Shown piece by piece: positions 9,882-18,782 of a DNA stretch of 64,000 nt; the stretch's first letter is position 1, and each line of letters begins with the position of its first letter. The notes under the pieces are model-generated. The model saw nothing but the letters and a program-made list of their open reading frames with translations, searched no databases and was not told where the DNA came from. The DNA is from Spirochaetia bacterium (GTDB lineage: Bacteria > Spirochaetota > Spirochaetia > SZUA-6 > Bin103): assembly GCA_965208575.1 (NCBI GenBank), contig CBDBOV010000005.1:480001-544000 (forward strand). Direction: 5' to 3'. The position numbers were made by a program, and so were the translations under genes.

Positions 9882-10817
9882 ATGGGTGACGTATCGCAGT
9901 TGACCCCGGCCGTCGCCGACCCGGGCGCGGGCGAGGCTGGGCAAGCCGGGCTGAGGAAGTTCTTCGGGCGGCTGGTGCGCGAGCAGCCGCTGGGGACCGC
10001 CGGCGGCATCGTCATCCTGATCCTGGTGCTGGTCAGCATCTTCGCCGATTCGCTGGCGCCCTACCGCTACGAGGAGATCCACCTGCGCGACCGCCTGCAG
10101 GCCCCCTCCGCCGCGTACCTGCTGGGCACCGACCACGTCGGGCGCGACCTGTTGAGTCGCCTCATCCACGGGGCGCGGCTGTCGCTGACGGTGGGGCTGG
10201 CCGCCACCGCCCTCACCGTCGTGGTGGCGGTGCTGATCGGCGGCACCACCGGCTTCATCGGCGGCCGGCTGGACTTGGTGACGCAGCGCTTCGTCGACGC
10301 CTGGATGGCGTTCCCGGGGCTGCTGTTGCTGCTCACCATCATGTCGATTGCCGGCCGCGGCATGCTGCAGATCATCATCGTGCTGGGCGTGTCGGGCGGC
10401 ATCCCGGCCTCCCGCGTGGTGCGCGGCGCGGTGCTGGGGGTGAAGGAGAACGCCTACTTCCAGGCCGCGCAGGCGATCGGCAGCTCGCGCCGGCGCTCGC
10501 TGCTGCGCCACGTGCTGCCCAACATCGCGGCCCCGATCATCATCATCTTCAGCATCAACGTCGGCGGCGTGATCATGTCGGAGGCCGCGCTGAGCTTCCT
10601 GGGTTTCGGCCTGCCGCCGGACATCCCGAGCTGGGGCGGCATGCTGAGCCGGGAGGGACGGCAGTACATGGAGATCGCGCCGCACCTGGCGCTGTGGCCG
10701 GGGGTGTGTCTGACCGTGGTCGTGTACAGCCTCAACATGTTCGGCGACGCGGTGCGCGACCTGCTGGACCCCCGCCTGCGCGGCCGCCTCGGCCGCTACG
10801 GCGCCGCCCGGAAGTAG
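9882..10817 (+). CDS. ABC permease (DppC/OppC-like)
   Basis: LLGTDHVGRDLLSRLIHGAR, HVLPN, LSFLGFG, SWGGML, GDAVRDLLDPR. Confidence 0.92.
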   Translation: MGDVSQLTPAVADPGAGEAGQAGLRKFFGRLVREQPLGTAGGIVILILVLVSIFADSLAPYRYEEIHLRDRLQAPSAAYLLGTDHVGRDLLSRLIHGARLSLTVGLAATALTVVVAVLIGGTTGFIGGRLDLVTQRFVDAWMAFPGLLLLLTIMSIAGRGMLQIIIVLGVSGGIPASRVVRGAVLGVKENAYFQAAQAIGSSRRRSLLRHVLPNIAAPIIIIFSINVGGVIMSEAALSFLGFGLPPDIPSWGGMLSREGRQYMEIAPHLALWPGVCLTVVVYSLNMFGDAVRDLLDPRLRGRLGRYGAARK

Positions 10818-10909
10818 CGGCGTCAGCTCTCGATTGATTGCTGTTGATTGTTCCGGCGGCTTTACCGGAACGGACGGTCGGCGTTACCATAGGATAGGCG
10901 AACGTACCC

Positions 10910-11548
10910 ATGACCGACGGCAACGGACACCGCGATCCAGCGACCCCGCAGGAGATCTGGGAAATCCTGCGCGAAATCTCCGCAGTGCAGCAGGAGACTG
11001 CGCGCCGCATGCAGGAGACCGACCGCCGGTTGCAGGCGACTGATGAACTGATCACGCGGCAGACACGGGCCGCCGACCGGCGCATCGACGAGTTGGACAA
11101 GCTGTTCAACGGACAGTGGGGCAAGCTGATCGAGTCACTGGTGGAAGGCGACCTCGTGCGGCTCCTTCAGCAGCGCGGCATCGCGGTGCTGCACACGGTG
11201 ACCAACCCGCGCCAGAACTACGGTGAGCGGCGCTGGGAGCTTGACATCGTGGCCGTCAACGGCGAAGAGGTCGTGGTGGTGGAGGTGAAGACCACCCTCA
11301 GGGTGCCCGACATCGATCGCTTCATGGCGCGGTTGAACGAGTTTTCGGAACTGATGCCGGAGTATGCTTCGCGCCGGATCTATGGGGCGGTCGCCTATCT
11401 GAAGGCGTACCAGGAGTCGGACGTGCGTGCCGAGCGTCTGGGCCTGTTCGTGATTCGTGCCACCGGCAGTAGTGCCAGCATCACCAACCGGGAGGGGTTT
11501 ACGCCGCGCACGTTCGGCCACCCGAGCAGGGCACCCGGGGGTCACTAG
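10910..11548 (+). CDS. Coiled-coil + PD-(D/E)xK nuclease-fold protein (DUF3782-like)
   Basis: QETARRMQETDRRLQ coiled coil followed by ELDIVAVNGEEVVVVEVKT. Confidence 0.7.
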   Translation: MTDGNGHRDPATPQEIWEILREISAVQQETARRMQETDRRLQATDELITRQTRAADRRIDELDKLFNGQWGKLIESLVEGDLVRLLQQRGIAVLHTVTNPRQNYGERRWELDIVAVNGEEVVVVEVKTTLRVPDIDRFMARLNEFSELMPEYASRRIYGAVAYLKAYQESDVRAERLGLFVIRATGSSASITNREGFTPRTFGHPSRAPGGH

Positions 11549-11559
11549 CGCGGTCGTAC

Positions 11560-11778
11560 CGGGGGCGCGACCTCTTGAGCCGCCTCATCCACGGGGCGCG
11601 GATGTCGTTGGCGGTGGGACTGGCCGCCACCGCGCTCAACGTCGTCGTGGCGGTGCTGGCCGGCGGCACCACCGGCTTCATCGGCGAGCGGCTGGACCTG
11701 GTGACTACCGGTATCGACCAGGAAGCCTTCCAGGCACTTCGCCAGCGGCTCGGAGAGTCGGATCGGACGTCCGAGTAA
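11560..11778 (+). pseudogene. Permease C fragment fused to the Rpn-like C-terminal tail
   Basis: SRLIHGARMSL...LDLVT joined to TGIDQEAFQALRQRLGESDRTSE, which is identical to 18098-18171. Confidence 0.8.
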
Positions 11779-11856
11779 CCTCCCTTCTTGACGAGCCGTA
11801 CCACTGGAGACTCCCCCGTATTGCGCTCCGTATGGTCGATCACATGCAAGGCGGCG

Positions 11857-11900
11857 AGAATCGACCGCGGGCCGTAACGGCGGTACCGGTCGGGATGGGC
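11857..11900 (+). repeat. Cassette-boundary repeat, copy 2
   Basis: AGAATCGACCGCGGGCCGTAACGGCGGTACCGGTCGGGATGGGC. Confidence 0.85.
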
Positions 11901-12313
11901 TCGGCTGCTCGGCTGCAGCCGGGTGCGAACGCCGAACGCGGTAGCGTGGTCCGAAAGAGCCGGCCGGCGGGCAATGCTCGAGTGTCGGGTTTCATCGTCT
12001 TCCATGGCATGGAGTGCCCGTACAGATTCGGAACGAGAGTGGAGACGGTGCGAGGCAGCTCGCCGTACCGACAGATTGCGAACACGGAGAGAAATCGGAA
12101 AGAGTTGGGCGCACCCCTTGACGCGATTTTCGGTGCTCGTAAGCGCCCGCCACAGCCCGCGGCGGCCCCTCCGACTGTTCCGAAAACGACTCGGGCTCCG
12201 TGGACGCGGCAGCGCGCCGCTGAGCGGTCTTCCAGGCGTCGTTTCACCGCCACCGAGGACTCGGTAAAATCGGCTATTTTGACGCGAGCCAGCCCGCGCG
12301 GCGCGATACGGAG

Positions 12314-13182
12314 GTGGTGGAGCGGAACGTGGCGCACCCGGACAGGAGCGCTGTCGTTCGACAGCGCGAAGTCGAGCAGGATGACGCATCGTCCGCGGCG
12401 GCGGTGCGGGATGGCGTGTCCGGTCCTTCGGCGCCGAAGCGCCCATCGGGGGCCGGGCACGGCAGCGGGTCACCGGCGACGGCACCGAATAGCGGCGATC
12501 ACACTACTTCGGCGCCGAGAGCGCCGCGAGCAAGCCGAGTTCGGTCGCACTTCCCGTGCGGCGGCGGGGGCCGGCAGCGGGAGAGCCGCTTCTGCGGCGA
12601 AGCCGTATACGGAAGCCGAGGCCGGCGGCACGAAGTCCGCGGTGGTGCGCAGCAGCAACGGGCACACCACTTCGCCGGCGAAGCAGGTTGCGCAGGATGA
12701 GGACGCGCACATCGAGGTAGCGGAGCACCTTTGTCGCGCCGCCGTTCCCGCCCCTGAACGCCAGCGGGAGACAGACCACGCATGCGGACAACCAAAGGCG
12801 ATGCACGGCGGCGGCCGGGCTGCTTCGCCGACGAAACGGCCAGGGCGAGCCGACGAAGATGGCCGGGGCGCGGCGGGACCGCAGTTCGACGCCGGCAAAC
12901 GCGGCGCTTCGCGGGCGCCGGTACGGGGCCACGACCGGTACACGAGTTCGGCAGCGAAGCGGCTGGCGTACGCAGCCGGGCAAGGCGCGTTGGGCCGGTC
13001 GCCGGCCCTGGAGCGGCACCTCGCCGCGTTGAACGGCTTCGGCGCGTTGCCGGGCTCCCGCTCACGGTACATCCCGGTGGCCGTGAGGCGGGATGTGTGG
13101 CGCCGCGACAACGGTTGTTGCAGCTCCGTCGACCCGCACAGCGGACGGCGCTGCGGTTCACGCTATCGGCTGGAGATCGACC
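12314..13182 (+). pseudogene. Second HNH endonuclease copy, truncated at the HNH motif
   Basis: Near-identical to 2847-3564 in the opposite orientation. Ends at YRLEID, just before the catalytic His. Confidence 0.75.
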
Positions 13183-13342
13183 AAGGAGCGGGTGTCGAAG
13201 TGGGACCGGCTGACCGCGCACAAGATCGTGGTCGGCGATCCGGACGAACTCGTGCACATGGACTGGTCCCACGAGTGGCGCGGCAACCGTGTACCTTGAT
13301 ACTCACGTGGTTGTCTGGCTGTACGAGAAGGATGAGGCGCGC
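13183..13342 (+). pseudogene. TA remnant: antitoxin C-terminus plus PIN toxin N-terminus
   Basis: ...IVVGDPDELVHMDWSHEW* followed by GTG at 13289 giving MYLDTHVVVWLY (a PIN start), which is cut by a permease C 3' fragment. Confidence 0.65.
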
Positions 13343-13419
13343 TCAACATGTTCGGCGACGCGGTGCGCGACCTGCTGGATCCCCGCCTGCGCGGCCGCCA
13401 CGGCGCCGGCCGGGAGTAG
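13343..13419 (+). pseudogene. Permease C 3' end fragment
   Basis: ctcaacatgttcggcgacgcggtgcgcgacctgctggat...gagtag. Confidence 0.8.
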
Positions 13420-13494
13420 CGGAATCAACACCCGATTGATCGCTCTACATCTGCACGTGCTATGGTAACGTGGCTGGTGGCAGCCACGTAGATA

Positions 13495-13809
13495 ATGAAG
13501 ACGGGTGTTGACAAGGCAAGAGAATACGCAGCGCTGGTTCGTGCAAGGCTCGGCGATCATGTCAAACAAATCGTGTTGTTCGGTTCGCACGCGCGCGGCG
13601 ATGGCACGGAGTATTCGGACTACGACTTTCTGGTCGTAGTTGACACGCGCACGCGAACTGTTCGCGACGCCATTCTGGACGTCGGAGTTCAGATGCTGAA
13701 CGACTACGACCAACTGTTTGCGGCGCTGGTGTACAGCGAGGAAGAGTGGCGCGAGCTTAGCCGATTTCCCCTCGGCTGGAACATTCGGCACGAAGGCACA
13801 CGGGTATGA
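13495..13809 (+). CDS. Minimal nucleotidyltransferase (MNT) antitoxin
   Basis: IVLFGSHARGDGTEYSDYDFLV carries the GS...DxD motif. Confidence 0.88.
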   Translation: MKTGVDKAREYAALVRARLGDHVKQIVLFGSHARGDGTEYSDYDFLVVVDTRTRTVRDAILDVGVQMLNDYDQLFAALVYSEEEWRELSRFPLGWNIRHEGTRV

Positions 13810-14237
13810 GCGCATTCGAGCCAACCGGACAGGTGCTCGACGCCATGCTCGCCAAAGCGGATGAACGGTTGTCAACGGCACGGCGTGACTTCGCAGCCGC
13901 GGCGTTCGGCGATGCGGCATCGCGCGCGTACTATGCGGTGTTTCACGCGATAAGCGCGCTGCTTGCGACCCGAGGCCTCACGTACTCATCTCACTCGCAG
14001 ACTATCGGCGGGTTCAATCGCGAGTTCGTGAAAACAGGCGTGTTTCCCCCTGACACATCACGCAAGCTGCAACGTCTGTTCCAGGACCGCCAGACGGCCG
14101 ACTATGACTGGTACCATCACATCGAAGAAGCTGACGCTGGTGTGGCTGTCAGCGACGCTGAGAGCATCGTGTCCCGGTGCAGGCAACAGGTCGCCAACTG
14201 GCAGCGGGAGCACCGGCGCGAGGATAGCCGTACGTGA
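13806..14237 (+). CDS. HEPN-domain protein (MNT-HEPN pair)
   Basis: AASRAYYAVFHA, SSHS and RQTADY match the DUF86/UPF0332-like HEPN pattern; ATGA overlap with MNT. Confidence 0.85.
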   Translation: MSAFEPTGQVLDAMLAKADERLSTARRDFAAAAFGDAASRAYYAVFHAISALLATRGLTYSSHSQTIGGFNREFVKTGVFPPDTSRKLQRLFQDRQTADYDWYHHIEEADAGVAVSDAESIVSRCRQQVANWQREHRREDSRT

Positions 14238-14324
14238 TGAACACACCGGCACCGGCCATGGCTTGCTCCGTGTCGCCGGTCTCGGCATGGTCGAATCATA
14301 TGCAATGCGGCGAGGAGCCGGAGC

Positions 14325-14368
14325 AGAATCGACCGCGGGCCGTAACGGCGGCACCGGTCCGGATGGGC
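14325..14368 (+). repeat. Cassette-boundary repeat, copy 3
   Basis: AGAATCGACCGCGGGCCGTAACGGCGGCACCGGTCCGGATGGGC. Confidence 0.85.
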
Positions 14369-14369
14369 T

Positions 14370-15229
14370 TGGTCGGGAGCTCACTGCCGATGATGTCGTC
14401 TATAGCTATCAGCGCAATACCGCTCAGGGTGACTTCACCGAACGTCCTACAGTAACCAGAACAGCTTTCGATCTGCCGTGGGAATCGATAGCGGCCAGCG
14501 ACAAATACACGGTTGTCATGAGGCTGACGGAGCCGTCGATCGGTGCGCTCGAGGCTATCATCAACGAAGGTTTGCACTGGATATTGCCTCGTGAGGTAAT
14601 CGAGCAATACGGAGACTATACGGACTGGAAGAACGTGGTCGGCACCGGGCCCGTTATGCTGACCGACTGGCCGGCCGTATCGCGGCAATGGGCGGCGGGC
14701 AAGTCGACCGCGCGGCCATGGAGCGCAGGCTCGGCCTGGACCTGCCGATCTACGTGCAGTACGGGCGCTGGATCGGCGACATCCTCCTGCGCGGTACCCT
14801 CGGCGAGTCGCTGCTGGGCGGTTGGCGGATCGAGGAGCGCATGCTGGGACGACTGCCGGTCACTGCCGAGCTCGGGCTGCTGGCCATCCTCATCGGCCTG
14901 GTCATCGCGCTGCCGGTGGGCATCTACCCGGCGGTGCGCCAGTACACCGCCGCCGACTACGTGGGCGGTCGTTCGCCATCATGGGACTGGCCACACCCAA
15001 CTTCTGGCTGGGAACGATGGTGATGATCTACCCGGCCATCTGGTGGGCGTGGTCGCCACCGATGGAACTGATTCCGTTGGCCCAGGGCCCGCTCGGCAAT
15101 CTCGGCATGTTCCTGATCCCCAGCCTGATCCTCGGCACCTACCTGGCGGCCAGCACCATGCGCATGACGCGCACCATGATGCTGGAGGTGCTGCGCCAGG
15201 ACTACATCAGGACCGCCTGGGCCAAGGGG
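14370..15229 (+). pseudogene. Internal SBP fragment fused to a frameshifted permease B fragment
   Basis: 14370-14668 matches the SBP at ~7258-7557, and 14668-15229 matches permease B with a frameshift near 14965. Confidence 0.85.
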
Positions 15230-16080
15230 CCCGGCTGGTGCGCGAGCAGCCTCTGGGCACCGCCGGCGGCATCGTCATCCTGCTCCTGGTGCTGGTCAGC
15301 ATCTTCGCCGATTCGCTGGCGCCCTACCGCTTCGAGGAGATCCACCTGCGCGACCGCCTGCAGGCCCCCTCCGCCGCGTACCTGCTGGGCACCGACCACG
15401 TCGGGCGCGACCTGCTGAGCCGCCTCATCCACGGGGCGCGGCTGTCGCTGACGGTGGGGCTGGCCGCCACCGCGCTCACCGTCGTGGTGGCGGTGCTGGT
15501 CGGCGGCACCACCGGCTTCATCGGCGGCCGGCTGGACCTGGTGACGCAGCGCTTCGTCGATGCCTGGATGGCGTTCCCGGGGCTGCTGTTGCTGCTCACC
15601 ATCATGTCGATTGCCGGTCGCGGCATGCTGCGGATCATCATCGTGCTGGGCGTGTCGGGCGGCATCCCGGCCTCGCGGGTGGTGCGCGGCGCGGTGCTGG
15701 GGGTGAAGGAGAACGCCTACTTCCAGGCGGCGCAGGCGATCGGCAGCTCGCGCCGGCGCTCGCTGCTGCGCCACGTGCTGCCCAACATCGCCGCGCCGAT
15801 CATCATCATCTTCAGCATCAACGTGGGCGGGGTGATCATGTCGGAGGCGGCGCTGAGCTTCCTGGGCTTCGGCCTGCCGCCGGACATCCCGAGCTGGGGC
15901 GGCATGCTGAGCCGGGAGGGGCGCCAGTACATGGAGATCGCGCCGCATCTGGCGCTGTGGCCGGGGGTGTGTCTGACCGTGGTGGTGTACAGTCTCAACA
16001 TGTTCGGCGACGCGGTGCGCGACCTGCTGGACCCCCGCCTGCGCGGCCGCCTCGGCCGCTACGGCGCCGGCAGGAAGTAG
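15230..16080 (+). pseudogene. Permease C lacking its own 5' end
   Basis: Begins at RLVREQPLG and is nearly identical to 9882-10817. Confidence 0.85.
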
Positions 16081-16211
16081 GATCAAGAACGCTTACAGCC
16101 ACCGGGCTACCCCGGAGCACCCGTCAACCCCGACTTCCGGCCCCGGCTCGGGTGCATTCCTCAGTACGGTAGCGGCGTGCAGACTGTGTTCGGGGCTGCG
16201 GCGCGGAGCCG

Positions 16212-16493
16212 TCAGTCCAGCGAGCGAGGCTTCTGGCGCAGGTTCATCACCGCTGTAACGATAATCGCGTCGCCGTGAACGTAGTAGAGAATCCCGTAAG
16301 GAAATCGGTCGACGAGGGCGCGACGAGTGCGTTCTGCGATCAACGCCCAGGCGCGAGGGAATTGAAGAATCCGCTCCAGCGTCCGCTCGACCTCAAGAGC
16401 AAACTCGTGTCCGAGATCGGAACGTTGCTCGTTGTAGTACGATATGGCTTCGACCCATTCGGTTCTCGCCTGAGGGAGGAACTCAACCGTCAC
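16212..16493 (-). CDS. RelE/ParE-family toxin
   Basis: VEFLPQARTEWVEAISYY...RRALVDRFPYGILY...AVMNLRQKP. Confidence 0.85.
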   Translation of the reverse strand: MTVEFLPQARTEWVEAISYYNEQRSDLGHEFALEVERTLERILQFPRAWALIAERTRRALVDRFPYGILYYVHGDAIIVTAVMNLRQKPRSLD

Positions 16494-16713
16494 GGCCGTG
16501 AAGGTGTCGCTTGACCTGATCGTAGGGGATGGTCTTGGCGTCACCTGCGAGATAGGCATCGATCCGTCGTTCGGACTCCCGTGCCCAGGCCGACTCGACC
16601 TCGCGTTCCCGTTCAGACCGTAGACTCCGATAGAGCTGATCGATGACCTCTGCTCGTTCGAGGGGCGAGAGGGCAAGCGCGTTGGCGACTACGGTTTGAG
16701 ACCTCTCAGTCAT
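16483..16713 (-). CDS. Addiction-module antitoxin
   Basis: ALALSPLERAEVIDQL...AWARESERRIDAY; overlaps the ParE gene. Confidence 0.82.
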   Translation of the reverse strand: MTERSQTVVANALALSPLERAEVIDQLYRSLRSEREREVESAWARESERRIDAYLAGDAKTIPYDQVKRHLHGRDG

Positions 16714-16734
16714 CGGAGCAATTATACCTGGACA

Positions 16735-17067
16735 GCGCACAACGGGACAGTACCGCCGAGGTCTACCGCCCGGGCACGCTCGAGGAACTCGTCTTCCAGC
16801 CCCTACCCTGCCAACACGAATCACCCGAGTCCGCCGGATGAACTCCGGATCCTCGACCCGCAAGACGAAACCCGCGGCCTGCATGGCGGATGCGAACCGC
16901 TGCGGATCGTCGGGTTCCAGCTTGACGGTGACGTCGACGTTGGCGCTCAGACGGGGCACGCCGTACGCGGTGACTGCCTGCGCGCCGAACCCGTACCAGC
17001 GCCCTCGGCCTGCAAGCACCTTTGCCAGTGCGGTCAGAAGTTCAACTGCGGCCGGTGGAAGCGGCAC
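16735..17067 (-). pseudogene. Truncated nucleotidyltransferase
   Basis: WYGFGAQAVTAYGVPRLSANVDVTV is a degenerate GG...DxD motif, followed by a frameshift or deletion. Confidence 0.6.
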
Positions 17068-17296
17068 GGGTGAACAGCTCGGCCAAGCGTACGTGGGCGA
17101 GCAGGTCCTGCTTCCGGGAGGCGGCATCGGGCCACTCCGGATTGTGCAGCAGTGCTTGTTTGCGCAACTCGTCGGCGATGCGCAGCCCTTCCAGCGGTCC
17201 GTAGCGGGCGATGCGCTCGGCCCAATACGCGTCGTTGGCAGCACGTGCCGTTCGCCACTCGCGAGCCATGTAGTCGCGAATGCCACGGCTGATCAT
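17042..17296 (-). CDS. Small hypothetical protein, probable partner of the nucleotidyltransferase
   Basis: 84 aa ORF overlapping the start of the NTase remnant. Confidence 0.5.
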   Translation of the reverse strand: MISRGIRDYMAREWRTARAANDAYWAERIARYGPLEGLRIADELRKQALLHNPEWPDAASRKQDLLAHVRLAELFTRAASTGRS

Positions 17297-17473
17297 GGTG
17301 GCAGTGTAGCATGGTGCGTCGAACAGCGCTTCGTCGACGCCTCGATCGGCAGTGGAGGATGAGGTTCACCAGTCTTCCAACCTCCCCACAGCCAACTGGG
17401 CGCGGACGCCCAGTTGACGCTATCCGGCAGGAGCCGCGGCGGGGAGGGGTCGAGAGTGACGAGCCAGCGGGGC

Positions 17474-17785
17474 GGGCGGCATCCCGACGTCCCGGGTGGT
17501 GCGCGGCGCGGTGCCGGGGGTGAAGGAGAACGTCTACTTTCAGGCCGCGCAGGCGATCGGCAGCTCGCGCCGGCGCTCGCTGCTGCGCCGCGTGCTGCCC
17601 AACATCGCGGCGCCGATTATCATCATCTTCAGCATCAACGTGGGCGGGGTGATCATGGCGGAGGCGGCGCTGAGCTTCCTGGGTTTCGGTCTGCCGCCGG
17701 ACATCCCGAGCTGGGGCGGGATGCTGAGCCGGGAGGGGCGTCAGTACATGGAGATCGCGCCGCACCTGGCGCTGTGGCCGGGGGC
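17474..17785 (+). pseudogene. Permease C internal fragment
   Basis: VVRGAVPGVKENVYF...HLALWPG. Confidence 0.85.
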
Positions 17786-17793
17786 GTGCGGCG

Positions 17794-18171
17794 TTGCTGA
17801 TGGCGGCGCAGTACATGGGCGAGTTGGCAAGGAGCGGACGGACGGCCCCGTTCGGAGCCATCGTGAGGTATGTCATCACGACGCAGGACAAGCAGACCGT
17901 GAGGGAGTTCGGCGAGGCGTTGCGACGGCACGTGCCAGGACCGGGAGGAGACATGAAGACGTACGCAGAAGAGTTGCTCCAGGAAGGACTCCGGAAGGGT
18001 CGCCAGGAAGGCCGCCAGGAAGGTCGCCAAGAAGGTCAGCTTGGCACGATCGAGAACTTCCTGCGGGCCGGAATCGAGTGGTCGATCATCGAGGAAGCTA
18101 CCGGTATCGACCAGGAAGCCTTCCAGGCACTTCGCCAGCGGCTCGGAGAGTCGGATCGGACGTCCGAGTAA
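17794..18171 (+). pseudogene. Rpn/YhgA-like (PD-(D/E)xK transposase-like) C-terminal part
   Basis: MKTYAEELLQEG followed by EGRQ tandem repeats and IIEEATGI, typical of Rpn C-termini. The nuclease domain is absent. Confidence 0.65.
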
Positions 18172-18241
18172 CCTCCCTTCTCGACGAGCCGTACCACTGG
18201 CGACTCCCCCGTATTACGCTCCGATCATATGCAAGGCGGCG

Positions 18242-18285
18242 AGAATCGACCGCGGGCCGTAACGGCGGTACCGGTCGGGATGGGC
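18242..18285 (+). repeat. Cassette-boundary repeat, copy 4
   Basis: Identical to copy 2. Confidence 0.85.
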
Positions 18286-18326
18286 GGGCTCGGCTGCTCG
18301 GCTCCAGCCGATGGATCCAGCGCGAC

Positions 18327-18355
18327 TTGACAGCTCGTTGCGCGTGGCTTATGGT
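18327..18355 (+). promoter_or_regulatory. Sigma70-type promoter
   Basis: TTGACA-17 nt-TATGGT. Confidence 0.7.
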
Positions 18356-18379
18356 GGCCCTCTGTCGGAGAACAGCCTT

Positions 18380-18673
18380 ATGTGGACGATGCAATACCAT
18401 AAGCACGTGAGGACGCCACCGGTTGCCGCGACCGGTGTGTCCTACCTCCCCCAAGCATTTACACGAAATTCACTAACCCCTCGCACTGACCGGGCCGGGC
18501 GCCCCGCGCGCCGCTTCGTCTGCACCGCTCTTCTTACCGCTCTTACCACCTGCACACTGCACCGTCGGCGTTGCCGGTTACTCACTTTCGTTGCGCCGCA
18601 GAACACCGCCCCACGCGGTGCTCCGGGCTCAGGTCCGCGCACGCGTTCAAGGAGGTGCCGGATGTCGAAGTAG
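18380..18673 (+). CDS. Putative leader ORF (97 aa), paralogue of 6403-6690
   Basis: MWTMQYHKHVRTPPV... with the same RBS and only frame-preserving indels. Confidence 0.4.
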   Translation: MWTMQYHKHVRTPPVAATGVSYLPQAFTRNSLTPRTDRAGRPARRFVCTALLTALTTCTLHRRRCRLLTFVAPQNTAPRGAPGSGPRTRSRRCRMSK

Positions 18674-18782
18674 CTCGGGGCTGGCGCCGTCGCTTTCCGG
18701 GCACCGGAGATTGCCGGTGCGCCTCGAGAGTGGGCGACGGATGCACAGCGAGACCAGCACTCTCGAATTGCAGGAGGCAAAG

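Noticed and set aside
11457-13439. 660-aa ORF
   Set aside because: A composite of repeat, HNH and TA shards in GC-rich DNA; only the HNH part is meaningful.
14104-16080. 658-aa SBP-permease 'fusion' ORF
   Set aside because: It is an accidental read-through of deletion-joined shards, and the permease B part is out of frame.
17980-18036. 12-bp tandem repeats as a CRISPR or regulatory array
   Set aside because: They encode the EGRQ repeats of an Rpn-like tail and have no spacers.
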